A stretch of DNA of 64,000 nt. It comes from Bdellovibrionota bacterium. GTDB taxonomy: Bacteria > Bdellovibrionota_C > UBA2361 > OMII01. Positions 45,499-56,097 of the stretch are shown here, in pieces; within the stretch, counting starts at the first letter, position 1; each line of letters starts with the position of its first letter. Made by a program: the position numbers and the translations under genes. The stretch spans positions 28,094 to 92,093 of the forward strand of contig JBILFA010000001.1 in NCBI GenBank assembly GCA_044351795.1. The letters run 5' to 3'. Below the pieces are notes generated by a model. The model did no database searches. It was not told where the DNA came from and saw only the letters and a list, made by a program, of their open reading frames with translations.

Positions 45499-45727
45499 GC
45501 TCACCGGGGCTGATCGGGAGATCTGACTGATGGCCAAAACAGGTCATCAGGTATCGGATATCGTGGATACTCTGGTCGGAAAATATGAGGTAGAGCGGGA
45601 GGAGTGTCGGCAAAAGGATCCTCGCAGCTTAGGCCGCTGAAGTCACCGGTTTGTCTATTTGCGAATTGATTCGCGATGTGTCACTCCGAGTCCTCTCGTG
45701 ACACTTTCTGGGATTTCACAGAGATCT

Positions 45728-46831
45728 CTAGATCCGCTGTGGTGTACACACCATGTGATAGGTCGCCGTCTCCGGAGTAACGAACGCCCCTGTATCGACA
45801 TCTCTCAACGTGTACCGTGCGGCCACGAGCGCCGAGAGAACCTCGCGCTCATCTTCGCCGTGATACTCGAGCAAGATCATCGGCCGCGTTGTTGCTAGTA
45901 TGCCAGCCATGCCGCGAATGACACCAGTGCCTGCGCCTTCGACGTCGATCTTGACAAGGTCGATGTGTTGTTTTCCGAAGTAGCCATCGAGTGATATTGC
46001 AGCCACGTCCATCGCCGGAGCAGTCTTTACACCACACACGTCGAAGCCTCGTAGATTCCACTCGGCGGACCACTTATTTCGTCCCTCATATAGAGTGACG
46101 CTAGGAGTGGAGCCATCAGTGACAGCATTCCATTCGGCTGTAAGCCAAGAATCTATGCCGAACGTAACGCCATTTAAACGCAGATCCGATACGTTTTGCG
46201 GGTGGGCATCGAAGGCGATCACGCGGCCAGTGTTAGTAACGAGCTGTGCCATGGTGATGGTGTGAGCTCCGACGTGAGAGCCTACATCAACAACTGTCCA
46301 ACCTGGCTTTATCGTTTGAACTAGGAAATCTCTGACCCGTTCTTCGTAGTTTGCAACTGTAGGTCCGAGTGCCTCCATGCGACGGTAAAAAGCGTTCATG
46401 TGCTGGGCAAATTGGTCGAGCCGCCGCTTGCTTTTGCAGACGATCAGGGCGCGAGCATCAGCGTTGCCGAATGAGAATGACGGTGCGCCAGCCGTGCAAT
46501 ATTGTAGCGCGCTGTCAGAATCACAGCGCAACAGGAGCGCCATACCGTCGTCAGCCAACTGCCTCCAAGCTTCGTGCATCCATTCGCCCAACTCAGGCCC
46601 CTCTGAGATGATGCAGCGGTATGATGGTGGTGGAGAGTCCGCGGGCCCCGGCATTACTGGGGTGTCCGATATTACAGATATTCCAGCAGTGTCGATCTTC
46701 CAGGATGCGGTGCGGGGGAACTCGCTGGCCATCGTGCGCGATACATGACCTCGGGTGCGGTCGAGGATTCGAGCATCGCAGCCAACCTGACCGCTCAAGA
46801 CGAGATAGGCTACAAGCTCATGACTCTGCAT
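45728..46831 (-). CDS. FkbM-family methyltransferase
   Basis: VVDVGSHVGAHTITMAQL…GRVIAFDAHPQN (FkbM-domain SAM-binding pattern) in the C-terminal half. Confidence 0.6.
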   Translation of the reverse strand: MQSHELVAYLVLSGQVGCDARILDRTRGHVSRTMASEFPRTASWKIDTAGISVISDTPVMPGPADSPPPSYRCIISEGPELGEWMHEAWRQLADDGMALLLRCDSDSALQYCTAGAPSFSFGNADARALIVCKSKRRLDQFAQHMNAFYRRMEALGPTVANYEERVRDFLVQTIKPGWTVVDVGSHVGAHTITMAQLVTNTGRVIAFDAHPQNVSDLRLNGVTFGIDSWLTAEWNAVTDGSTPSVTLYEGRNKWSAEWNLRGFDVCGVKTAPAMDVAAISLDGYFGKQHIDLVKIDVEGAGTGVIRGMAGILATTRPMILLEYHGEDEREVLSALVAARYTLRDVDTGAFVTPETATYHMVCTPQRI

Positions 46832-46974
46832 AGGGCGCCCTCAGAAGGTGGTTTAACTGACGATTATGATGGAGCGAAGGGGGGCGAAGATTCCGGAATC
46901 ATAGTGCTCGCGAACCGAATCAAAAGAGATACTGGACATCCTACCCGACTTCTCACATCCGAATTTGCACGATT

Positions 46975-48267
46975 ATGAACATGGAACGCGCCATTGAGTA
47001 TCTTAGCAAGGGAGCAGAAGCGCTACAGGCGCGGAGGCATGCCGAGGCCTTGTCGCACTTCCAGGCGGCTGACGCCTACAATCCGAACCTTCTAGACGTC
47101 AAGATTGGCCTGGCGACGACCCTGGCCTACGCACAGCAATTTCGAGAGTCCCTAAGGGTTCTGGAGCCATTTGTCCTACAGCATCCTCCAATTCCTGAAA
47201 TTCGGCTTTTGCAACGTAAGATACTTGCGGCGTGCCCACCTCCTGCATTGCGCATGTGGTCTCTCGACCGGGTTACGACTGCAGCACATTATCTGGAGAC
47301 GCGGCCCTTGCGCGGCTCCGCGCGCGCACTCCCGCTAGGAGGAGGCGAAGTTCCCCAGAGTTCGCTGACCTATTATCTGCTCGATGACATCGCGGTTCTC
47401 GGGACGCGCGCCATGCTCGTGACCCCCGATGGGCGCATTCTTCGCGAATCCACACCGGACGAGAATGTCGAGGCAGCGATATTCCCGGTTGAGATTCGCG
47501 AAGCGAGGCTGGGACGAGAGCGGCTGCGCAAAGGGGAGTTCGTCGCACTCTATGCGGTGTGGTCAGACGGGTTCTATCACTGGGTAATGGAGCAGCTTCC
47601 GCGTGTCCTCATGGCGGAACAGCTCGGGTTTACGGGAACGTACATCGTGCCGCAGGGGGCTCCATTCATCCTAGAATCGCTGCAACTCCTCGGCATTGCA
47701 GATGAGCGCGTCGAGGTCTTCGACGGGGGCGATTGGAGGGCGGAGAGGCTTTGGGTGCTCGAACCGTTTGCGGGCCACACCTTGAGACAGCACCCGGGTG
47801 CCACTGCCCTCCTGCGCGAGGCTTTTCTCGCCCGGTTGCCAGCGGGGGGATCGAGCGGGCCGCAAAGGGTGTATGTATCCCGAAGAGATCCCAATCGTCC
47901 GCGTCGTGTCGTCAACGAGACGGCGCTGGAAGCTCTGCTTGGGCCCTATGGGTTTGTCACCGTAGACTTTGCCACGATGTCGTTCGCTGAACAAATAAGC
48001 GCCGCAGCCTCGGCTACTGCCCTCCTTGGTCCTCATGGAGCTGGCATCATACATTCACTCTTCATGCCGCCGAAATCTTTACTCATTGAGCTCGTGTCGC
48101 CGACGTACATTAATCCTGTGGGCATGATCCCGGCAGGCTTCCTGCGCCACCGCTACCACCTGATTCCGAGCTATCTCAATAATTGCACATACCAGTTCGG
48201 AGAGGACATCGAGGCGTTTCTAATGTTCATTCAGCTTACGCTTGATGTGGAACTCGGAACTCCGTAG
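46975..48267 (+). CDS. TPR-containing DUF563 / GT61-family glycosyltransferase
   Basis: N-terminal TPR-like helices; central YHWVMEQLPRVLMAEQLG and …LLGPHGAGIIHSLFMPP typical of DUF563 (GT61). Confidence 0.55.
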   Translation: MNMERAIEYLSKGAEALQARRHAEALSHFQAADAYNPNLLDVKIGLATTLAYAQQFRESLRVLEPFVLQHPPIPEIRLLQRKILAACPPPALRMWSLDRVTTAAHYLETRPLRGSARALPLGGGEVPQSSLTYYLLDDIAVLGTRAMLVTPDGRILRESTPDENVEAAIFPVEIREARLGRERLRKGEFVALYAVWSDGFYHWVMEQLPRVLMAEQLGFTGTYIVPQGAPFILESLQLLGIADERVEVFDGGDWRAERLWVLEPFAGHTLRQHPGATALLREAFLARLPAGGSSGPQRVYVSRRDPNRPRRVVNETALEALLGPYGFVTVDFATMSFAEQISAAASATALLGPHGAGIIHSLFMPPKSLLIELVSPTYINPVGMIPAGFLRHRYHLIPSYLNNCTYQFGEDIEAFLMFIQLTLDVELGTP

Positions 48268-48879
48268 TCATCGAGCGTCCGGAGAGAATCAAGTGAGCTC
48301 TCGTAATAGGCGTTCTGATGGGCCTCGTCTCGGTGGATAGAGAAGCACCAGATCGTAGCCCTTGATCACTGTTTTATTCTCGGCATCCGGAGCGGCGGCT
48401 AATCAATGGAACAAGAATGTTTGACCGCCGACGCTTGGATCAGGCATCGCTCGTAATGATGAAACGAAAAGTCACAGCTTGATTCATGAGACATGAGACA
48501 GACTCTACGATTCAGATAGCTTACAAATAGGAAATACCCATAGGACCTTTGTAAGATGCACCGACTGTTGCCGCCGCAACATTACAATTCCGAACCTTCA
48601 AAATTCCACTATTCTTTGCCCACTGCCGACCTAGAACACAGTTGGAATGGGACACCCGATATCCATAGACTCATCTAGTCGATAATGGGCCAAGCATGGC
48701 CCGATTAAACACAACACGATGTCAAACAGTGACTCAGTGAATTCCATCAGCGTATCTTTAACATCCTATCTTAAGGCATGGGATTTTTTGTGGAGCGTCG
48801 CCTCACCGATCTGGTAATTAATCAGCCTTGATGGCACTGGCGACTAACGGCGTTAATGTGTTGATGAAAAGGCGTAACT

Positions 48880-49833
48880 ATGACCATCTCCTTCGCCCTT
48901 ATTGGAGCCGCGGGCTTTATTGCTCCTCGACATATGCGTGCTATCAAGGAAACCAACAACAAGTTGGTGGTTGCTTTTGATCCATACGACGGTGTCGGCG
49001 TAATCGACTCTTTTTTTCCTGAAGCTGATTTTTTCACCGAGTTCGAGCGCTTCGACAGGCATGTCGACAAACTCAAGCGCCGTGGCCATCGTATTGACTT
49101 TACCTCGATTTGCTCGCCTAACTACCTTCACGACGCTCATGTCCGCTTCGCACTGAGAAGCGGTAGTGATGCAATCTGCGAGAAACCGTTAGTCCTCAAT
49201 CCCAGGAATATCGAACCTCTTGAACAGATGGAAACGGAGACGGGGCGAAAAATCTTCACAATTCTTCAGCTTCGCCTCCATCCAGCAATCGTAAAATTGA
49301 AGGAGCACGTAGCTTCCTTACCGGATACGAGACGCGTTGATGTCGACCTTACATATATCACCTCAAGAGGTAGGTGGTACGACATATCTTGGAAGGGAGA
49401 TATTGCAAAGTCCGGTGGAGTCGCAACGAATATCGGTATTCACTTCTTCGATATGCTGACGTACGTATTTGGTTCGGTACAGCAGAATACGGTGCACGTC
49501 CTCGAGCCAAGACGGGCGGCTGGATACCTCGAACTCCAAAGAGCTCGGGTTCGTTGGTTTCTATCAATTAACAGCAAGGATCTTCCTGAACAAGCTGCGA
49601 GAGAATCCAAGACTACCTACAGATCACTCACAATGAATGGAGAGGAAGTGGAGTTTTCGGACGGATTTACCGACCTACACACTACCAGCTATCGCGATAT
49701 ACTGGCCGGAGGAGGCTTTGGATTGAAGGACGCCTACCCGTCAATCGACTTAGCGGCCTCTATTCGCAACGCCCATCCCATCGGGCTTAAGGGTGACTAT
49801 CACGATTTTCTCCGCGGAGACCGAAAACCATGA
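48880..49833 (+). CDS. wbpB: UDP-N-acetyl-2-amino-2-deoxy-D-glucuronate 3-dehydrogenase (WbpB-like, Gfo/Idh/MocA)
   Basis: Near-collinear with WbpB: [23 protein letters not shown]…ICSPNYLH…ICEKPLV…[10 protein letters not shown]…[12 protein letters not shown]…SWKGD…[14 protein letters not shown]…[13 protein letters not shown]…[22 protein letters not shown]. Confidence 0.85.
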   Translation: MTISFALIGAAGFIAPRHMRAIKETNNKLVVAFDPYDGVGVIDSFFPEADFFTEFERFDRHVDKLKRRGHRIDFTSICSPNYLHDAHVRFALRSGSDAICEKPLVLNPRNIEPLEQMETETGRKIFTILQLRLHPAIVKLKEHVASLPDTRRVDVDLTYITSRGRWYDISWKGDIAKSGGVATNIGIHFFDMLTYVFGSVQQNTVHVLEPRRAAGYLELQRARVRWFLSINSKDLPEQAARESKTTYRSLTMNGEEVEFSDGFTDLHTTSYRDILAGGGFGLKDAYPSIDLAASIRNAHPIGLKGDYHDFLRGDRKP

Positions 49834-50405
49834 AGGAGTTTTATGCACATCCCACCGCAGTGATTGACGCTGGGGCCTTCATTGGAGAAGGATCGAAGGT
49901 ATGGCACTTCTGCCACATCTCCACGGGAGCTCGCCTTGGTGAGCGTTGCATACTCGGCCAAAATGTATTCATCGACTCAGGGGTATCGATTGGCACCGGA
50001 TGCAAGATTCAAAACAACGTATCTATATACAAAGGCGTGGCGCTTGAGGACTTCGTATTTTGCGGCCCGTCATGCGTATTTACTAATGTGGTAACACCAC
50101 GTGCCGGCGTCGAGCGTAAGAGCGAGTTTGCCCCAACCGTTGTTAAAAGAGGCGCAACAATAGGCGCTAATGCCACAGTAGTGTGTGGCTGTACGATTGG
50201 TGAGTTTGCCTTGATTGGAGCAGGGTGCGTGGTCACAAAAAATGTACCTCCTCACGCCCTTGTAGTCGGCGTTCCCGCCACAGTAATCGGCTGGGTTTGT
50301 GAGTGTGGTGAAGTACTTTGTAAGAGCGGAGAACTGGGAATGCAAACTTGCAACAGATGCACCAAAACTTATGAGGTATCTTCCTCGGGCATTTCCACTC
50401 GCTGA
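49830..50405 (+). CDS. wbpD: UDP-2-acetamido-3-amino-2,3-dideoxy-glucuronate N-acetyltransferase (WbpD-like, LbH)
   Basis: [61 protein letters not shown]…[11 protein letters not shown] follows the WbpD pattern; 4-nt overlap with wbpB. Confidence 0.85.
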   Translation: MKEFYAHPTAVIDAGAFIGEGSKVWHFCHISTGARLGERCILGQNVFIDSGVSIGTGCKIQNNVSIYKGVALEDFVFCGPSCVFTNVVTPRAGVERKSEFAPTVVKRGATIGANATVVCGCTIGEFALIGAGCVVTKNVPPHALVVGVPATVIGWVCECGEVLCKSGELGMQTCNRCTKTYEVSSSGISTR

Positions 50406-50412
50406 CGGTAGC

Positions 50413-51609
50413 TTAATCCCTCCCACCGCCAAAGCTACGAACCGCCTCGATTACCCGGGAAAGCTCCTCCTCCGTCAAAAGAGGCTCTATTGGGAGGCTT
50501 AGCACCTCGTTAGCGGCCTTCTGCGCCTCGAGACACGGGGCCGGAACTAGTGCCCGACCATTGAAAACCCTCATGGAACTCATCGGCACTGGATAATACA
50601 CCATGCTGCCAATGTTGTGCCTCTCAAGATGATCCCGCAATCCATCTCTTAGTCCATCCAGTACCCGAACAGTGTACTGATGGTAGACGTGATGTTCGCC
50701 TGATTCCCCAGGAGTTACTATACCAGGCACGTCTTTTAGGGCTCGGTTGTATGCAGCCGCAACAGCCTGTCGTTTGGCATTCAACATCTCCAGATACGGA
50801 AGCTTCGCCAAAAGAACAGCCGCCTGGATAGTATCGATGCGCGCGTTGTAGCCGATGTGCTGCACATCATACTTATCCTTTCCGCCATGCTTAGTAAGTA
50901 TGCGCACGTAGTGGGCCAAATCCGGATCGTTAGTGGTCACGATCCCGGCATCTCCGAATGCCCCTAAGTTCTTGGATGGGAAAAAGCTAAATGCTGCCAG
51001 ATCTCCCGCCGCTCCACACCGAACCCCTCTCCATGAAGAGCCACACGCTTGAGCCACGTCTTCTATTAGCCGCACACCGTGCCGACTAACGATAGCCCGT
51101 AGCTTGTCCTGGTCTAGAGAACGCCCGTAGAGATGAACCGCTATCACGGCGCGAACCCGACCAGCAGCTGAAGCCAAGTATCGGTCGAGTTTTTCGAGAT
51201 CAATGTTAAACGTGCATGGGTCAATATCTATGAATACAGGGGTGGCGCGCGACCGCAGAATAGTGTCACCAGTCGCGGTGAATGAGAAGGCTGTCGTTAC
51301 TACCTCATCCTTCTCGCTCCAATACTCTTCACCCGAGTCTCGAAGCGCCAAAGCCCGCAGTGCTAAGAGTAACGCCTCGGTACCTGAGGACACTCCGATC
51401 CCGTATTTCGAGCCATTGAATTCACAGAACAGCTTTTCGAAAGCAGCAACCTCCGGTCCCAGGATCCAGGTTTGATGGTTTAAGATTTTGTTTAACGCCT
51501 CGTCTATAGCCTCTTTCATCAAGAGGTATTCACGCTTTAAATCTAAGAGTGGTACGGTAGAGTTGTTTGAAGATCCAGGTTCCATATAGGTTTCGACGCT
51601 CAAAAGCAC
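50413..51609 (-). CDS. wbpE: DegT/DnrJ/EryC1/StrS aminotransferase (WbpE-like)
   Basis: PLP-dependent fold; …ILGPEVAAFEKLFCEFNGSKYGIGVSSGTEALLLAL…FSFFPSKNLGAFGDAGI… (Lys in SKNLG). Confidence 0.8.
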   Translation of the reverse strand: MLLSVETYMEPGSSNNSTVPLLDLKREYLLMKEAIDEALNKILNHQTWILGPEVAAFEKLFCEFNGSKYGIGVSSGTEALLLALRALALRDSGEEYWSEKDEVVTTAFSFTATGDTILRSRATPVFIDIDPCTFNIDLEKLDRYLASAAGRVRAVIAVHLYGRSLDQDKLRAIVSRHGVRLIEDVAQACGSSWRGVRCGAAGDLAAFSFFPSKNLGAFGDAGIVTTNDPDLAHYVRILTKHGGKDKYDVQHIGYNARIDTIQAAVLLAKLPYLEMLNAKRQAVAAAYNRALKDVPGIVTPGESGEHHVYHQYTVRVLDGLRDGLRDHLERHNIGSMVYYPVPMSSMRVFNGRALVPAPCLEAQKAANEVLSLPIEPLLTEEELSRVIEAVRSFGGGRD

Positions 51610-51700
51610 TCTACAGACTCAAGCGAAGCAGTCTTATCTGCGCCAGCATCCTATATTTGATAAGTTACTCGGAGATAGGTCAACCACAAAGCCGATCGGT

Positions 51701-53044
51701 ATGATGCCATTAGATACGCCGGATAACATACACGACGTAGTTCGGCTACTCCAAGAGGGCCGGCACTCGGACTGCCTGTTGCTCATCGAGCAGCTTCATC
51801 AAAAAGGCATCCACACCTCAGGTTTATCTTATATTGCCGCAGTATGTTTCATTTACCAAGGTCGATACCATCGTTGCTTGGACGAACTCTCGAAAGAGTG
51901 CTCGCGGCCCGGTCATCCACTCGAAGCAGCTCAACTCTTGGCCGAGATCATGGAGGATACCAGACGGAATCCAACTATGTCTCAAGATCTCTTACCTGGT
52001 CGTTACATTGTCTCCGGTCTCCCTCCAGGCAACACGGGCTCCGGCCGATTCTTCTCGAGCCTACTGCCCGTTGGGACCAAGGCTGGCTACGTAGGTCTAT
52101 ACCCTCGGCCTGACACCACTTTTAACCGAGCCGAGAAGATCCGGCTATGCTCGATCCGAGACTCCGATGTTTTGGTTTTACATCCTCAAACCCTAGGATA
52201 CGAAACCATGCGCTCGCTATTCGAAGCTGGGAACCGCGTCAGCATGTATGTATTAGACAACAGCTTCTTCTGTATGCGTTCCTATAATCATCGACCCGAT
52301 CAGCCTGGAGAGTGTCTCGACTGCCTAGGGAATGTTCGAAAGTGCCACTCGAGCTGTCAGCCGTTTCCGATGCCCCTCAACCGAACGGAGAACCTAGAGT
52401 TTCTTGAGTGGCTCCAAAGTGTAGCTCACCAGATCCCTTTTTTTTGTCAGACTAAGCATCAAGCCGAATTACTTACTCGCCATTTCGGCGCTCACATTCA
52501 GTACCAGGTCATCGGTATGCGCACCGAGGAATATGGCAGCAAAAACGGGATCAAACGCTTTGATATAGTTTTCCACGGTGAGGCTTTAGAGGCTAAGGGA
52601 ATCAGGTATGCACTCTACTTGGCGCGGGAGCTATCTGAGTTTTCAGTATTGGTTCCATCGGCACACGAAGATGTGAAACGAACATGCCCCGATGTGGAGA
52701 TTCCGCCGAATACGACTTGCTGTGCCTATCGATGGGATACCGGACTGCAAGATTTCGTAAAATTATGTAGTCTAGTGCTGTGCCCGAGCCAGTGGTCGGC
52801 GCCTGTGGAAGGCTCCCTAATGAAATCTCTATACTACAACGGTAACGTCGGGGTGATGGAAACCCAATTTGCATTTGAAAGAGAGCTGCCGTCAGACCTA
52901 GCTCTGCGAATGAGTCCTGATCCTAAAGTGGCTGCGACGCAAGTGCGTGAGTTTCTTTCGACTGGTAGATGCGATAGAGAAAAAGCGCGCCAGTGGGTAG
53001 AGCAGTATAACAGTCGCGTCCAACTCGAACGGATCTTTGCATAA
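51701..53044 (+). CDS. hypothetical protein, Cys-rich; possible GT-B-like glycosyltransferase
   Basis: 447 aa; CLDCLGNVRKCHSSC cluster; C-terminal region vaguely GT1-like (VLCPSQWSAPVEGSLMKSL). Weak. Confidence 0.35.
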   Translation: MMPLDTPDNIHDVVRLLQEGRHSDCLLLIEQLHQKGIHTSGLSYIAAVCFIYQGRYHRCLDELSKECSRPGHPLEAAQLLAEIMEDTRRNPTMSQDLLPGRYIVSGLPPGNTGSGRFFSSLLPVGTKAGYVGLYPRPDTTFNRAEKIRLCSIRDSDVLVLHPQTLGYETMRSLFEAGNRVSMYVLDNSFFCMRSYNHRPDQPGECLDCLGNVRKCHSSCQPFPMPLNRTENLEFLEWLQSVAHQIPFFCQTKHQAELLTRHFGAHIQYQVIGMRTEEYGSKNGIKRFDIVFHGEALEAKGIRYALYLARELSEFSVLVPSAHEDVKRTCPDVEIPPNTTCCAYRWDTGLQDFVKLCSLVLCPSQWSAPVEGSLMKSLYYNGNVGVMETQFAFERELPSDLALRMSPDPKVAATQVREFLSTGRCDREKARQWVEQYNSRVQLERIFA

Positions 53045-53947
53045 ATGACCACCCCCAGGAAGGTACTCATAATCGGGGCAAACGGATTCTTGGGGAGCCA
53101 TCTAGCAGCAGACCTGTCTCATTCGTTCGAAGTTATATGTTCGGTTCGACATGGATCAGATTGCTCACGCCTGGAGCCATTTCTTAACCGTGTCAAAGTA
53201 ATAAAATCCGAGCCCCATGACACCGCAGATGTCGTAAGGAGTACAGCTCCTTACGCCGTTATAAATGCGGCGGTATGCTACGGAGGCTCGAGTAAATTAC
53301 CTGAGGTACTACGTACTAATGTTCTCCTTCCACTCGAGCTTGTGCAGGCACTCTCGGAGAGCGAAGGCACTGTGTTCGTCCACATTGATACATTCTTCAC
53401 AAGGAGCTCAGGCTACGAATACCTGCCTGCTTACCAAATGTCGAAACGGCATGCGGTGCAATGGATAGCGGGATATGCCAAGGAGCTAAAGATTATCAAT
53501 GCTAGGCTTGAACATATGTACGGGGCAGGAGACGCACCATCGAAGGCAATACCAACTCTCCTATCAGCAATCGCTTCAAACCAACCTAGACTAATGCTCA
53601 GCCTGGGGGAACAGCGCCGTGACTTTATTCATATCGACGATGTTACTTCGGCACTCCGCACGCTCCTCCTCAATGTAGACGTCCTACCTCAAGAGCTCAT
53701 GCATGTTGATGTCGGTTCGGGAAAAGCCGTGACGCTGAAAGAGATGCTACTCCTTGCTAAGGAGCTCTCCGGAAGTAGCACTGAGCTGTGTTTTGGAGCC
53801 CTCCCCTACCGAACCGGAGAGCCGATGGAGTCGAAAGCAGATCCCCACGTGCTTGAATCACTCGGCTGGCGACCCTCTACCACCCTTCGCGAAGGCTTAG
53901 CCCGTCTCTTAGGGCACATTAAAGGTCAAAATCGTGGGGAGATGTGA
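53045..53947 (+). CDS. NAD-dependent epimerase/dehydratase (extended SDR)
   Basis: KVLIIGANGFLGSHLAADL (GxxGxxG Rossmann); about 300 aa; start codon abuts the upstream stop. Confidence 0.7.
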   Translation: MTTPRKVLIIGANGFLGSHLAADLSHSFEVICSVRHGSDCSRLEPFLNRVKVIKSEPHDTADVVRSTAPYAVINAAVCYGGSSKLPEVLRTNVLLPLELVQALSESEGTVFVHIDTFFTRSSGYEYLPAYQMSKRHAVQWIAGYAKELKIINARLEHMYGAGDAPSKAIPTLLSAIASNQPRLMLSLGEQRRDFIHIDDVTSALRTLLLNVDVLPQELMHVDVGSGKAVTLKEMLLLAKELSGSSTELCFGALPYRTGEPMESKADPHVLESLGWRPSTTLREGLARLLGHIKGQNRGEM

Positions 53948-54218
53948 TAACAAGCATCCCTCCGGGATTCGGAAGCATCTGTCTTTAGTGATGTGGATCA
54001 AAATAGATCAGCCAGGAGAAGCAGAATTTCACTTAATATTGGATTTTCACTGAAGGGATAGCCTAGAAGAAGTCGCTCTGATACATAAAAGATCCCTAGT
54101 CTTTAGTAGATATTGAAGTTCGCCCTAGTGCCCGACTTCGCGATAGCTGGGGTCTTACCGAGTTTCCCTAAAAGAGCGGGCTGTCCCACACGGATATTAG
54201 TGAGTCTATAAAGTTTTT

Positions 54219-55052
54219 ATGATGCCAAAGGTTTGCATTCTTGCCGGTGGGCTAGGAACAAGACTCTCCGAAGAGACCGTAGTTAAGCCTAAGCCGATGG
54301 TCGAGATCGGAGGACATCCGGTCTTGTGGCACATAATGAAGCTATACTCAACGCACGGCTTTAACGACTTCGTTGTCGCTCTTGGATATAAGGGCGAATA
54401 TATCAAGGATTACTTCGTACAGTATGCAACTCGCGCTTCAGACCTATCGGTGGACCTCGCGACAGGCGCGGTAAAGGCATCAAATTCTCGGGCTGAGCCT
54501 TGGAGAGTAGATCTTGTGGAGACAGGACTTGAGACCCATACCGGCGGCCGGGTAAAGCGGTTATGCGAACATGTTGGCGATGGCATCTTTATGATGACGT
54601 ACGGCGACGGAGTTGCGGATGTAGACCTCACAAAGCTTCTTGCGTTTCACCGGTCCCATGGCAAGCTAGCTACGGTCACTGCCGTAATCCCTCCAGCTCG
54701 CTTTGGAGCACTTTCGTTTCAAGGGGATTGCGTTGAGTGCTTCCAGGAGAAACCTATCGGCGGCGATGGATGGATAAACGGCGGATTTTTCGTGCTCGAT
54801 GCACGCGTGGTAAAATACATCGACTGTGACGACGTTCCTTTTGAGCAGGATCCACTGCGCAGGCTAGCTCGTGACGGACAACTCATGGGTTACAAGCATT
54901 CAGGATTCTGGCACTGCATGGATACCCTGCGGGATGTGCGAACATTGAACGATATGTGGATGAATGGAGCAGCCCCTTGGGACGTGTGGAGCAAAATAGT
55001 GCCGGATGAACAAGGGACTACCAATGAAACCTCAATTCTGGCACAACCGTAA
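54219..55052 (+). CDS. rfbF: glucose-1-phosphate cytidylyltransferase
   Basis: CILAGGLGTRLSEETVVKPKPMVEIGGHPVLWHIMKLYSTHGFNDFVVALGYKGEYIKDYF… matches RfbF/DdhA. Confidence 0.85.
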   Translation: MMPKVCILAGGLGTRLSEETVVKPKPMVEIGGHPVLWHIMKLYSTHGFNDFVVALGYKGEYIKDYFVQYATRASDLSVDLATGAVKASNSRAEPWRVDLVETGLETHTGGRVKRLCEHVGDGIFMMTYGDGVADVDLTKLLAFHRSHGKLATVTAVIPPARFGALSFQGDCVECFQEKPIGGDGWINGGFFVLDARVVKYIDCDDVPFEQDPLRRLARDGQLMGYKHSGFWHCMDTLRDVRTLNDMWMNGAAPWDVWSKIVPDEQGTTNETSILAQP

Positions 55053-56097
55053 AGTTTTCATCACAGGGCATACAGGCTTCAAAGGCGGCTGGCTTTCTCT
55101 GTGGCTCGCCAGACACGGAGCGCAAGTTTGCGGATATGGCTTGCCGCCGGATGTTAGTTCACCCTCCTTCTTTAATATCTGCGAGGTCGATAAGCACATT
55201 TCTCGCTCGATTATCGCCGATGTGAGACACCTATGTTCTCTTAAGGAGGCGATCAGAGTTTTTGAGCCGGAGGTAGTTTTTCACCTAGCTGCACAGGCTC
55301 TCGTGCGCGATTCGTACGAAGACCCGGTACTCACTTTCGAAACGAATGTTATGGGTACCGTTCATGTCCTCGAAGCGATAAGGACTACTCCGTCGGTAAA
55401 GGCGGTCATTAATGTTACGACGGATAAGTGCTACGGCAATCAAGAGTGGGTTTGGGGATACAGAGAAATCGATCCTCTTGGCGGTAACGACCCTTATAGC
55501 TCGTCTAAAGCCTGCTCTGAGCTTGTAACCAACTCGTATCGCAAATCATTCTTGTCAAATCACACGCTAGTAGCGTCGGCAAGAGCTGGTAATGTTATTG
55601 GGGGAGGCGACTGGAGTAAGGATCGGTTGATTCCCGATATCGTGCGAGCTGCAGATTCGGGGAGGCCTCTCGTAATACGTAATCCTCTTTCGGTGAGGCC
55701 GTGGCAGCATGTCCTCGACCCTCTTTCAGCCTACATTTCCCTAGCGGAGGGACTCATCTTCGGCAAGACCGAGCTTGCTGATGCCTGGAATTTCGGCCCT
55801 TCCGCTCTCGTCGTGCGACCAGTCAGTTGGATTGTTGAGCACTTTTCCGGGCACTATGGGGTACCAGTCAAGTGGGAGACGTGCCAAGCAGACCAACCTA
55901 GCGAAACATCGGTTCTCAAGTTAGATTCGTCAAAGGCACGCATGATTCTCGGATGGAACCCACGATTTTCTATCGACGAAGCACTCCAATGGACGGCTTC
56001 GTGGTACGAAACCTATCGAAAGCAGCCCTCGAAAATCGGCGAATTCACGAGACAACAGCTTGCTGACTACGAAAGCCGATCGCCTACGGAGACTTGA
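55006..56097 (+). CDS. rfbG: CDP-glucose 4,6-dehydratase
   Basis: [29 protein letters not shown]…; SDR dehydratase; follows rfbF with overlap. Confidence 0.85.
   Translation: MNKGLPMKPQFWHNRKVFITGHTGFKGGWLSLWLARHGAQVCGYGLPPDVSSPSFFNICEVDKHISRSIIADVRHLCSLKEAIRVFEPEVVFHLAAQALVRDSYEDPVLTFETNVMGTVHVLEAIRTTPSVKAVINVTTDKCYGNQEWVWGYREIDPLGGNDPYSSSKACSELVTNSYRKSFLSNHTLVASARAGNVIGGGDWSKDRLIPDIVRAADSGRPLVIRNPLSVRPWQHVLDPLSAYISLAEGLIFGKTELADAWNFGPSALVVRPVSWIVEHFSGHYGVPVKWETCQADQPSETSVLKLDSSKARMILGWNPRFSIDEALQWTASWYETYRKQPSKIGEFTRQQLADYESRSPTET

Noticed and set aside
48268-48879. About 600-bp non-coding, lower-GC spacer upstream of wbpB as a possible ncRNA or mobile-element scar
   Set aside because: No inverted or direct repeats matching the families seen elsewhere, no conserved structure evident; most simply a promoter/regulatory region for the wbpB–wbpD operon.
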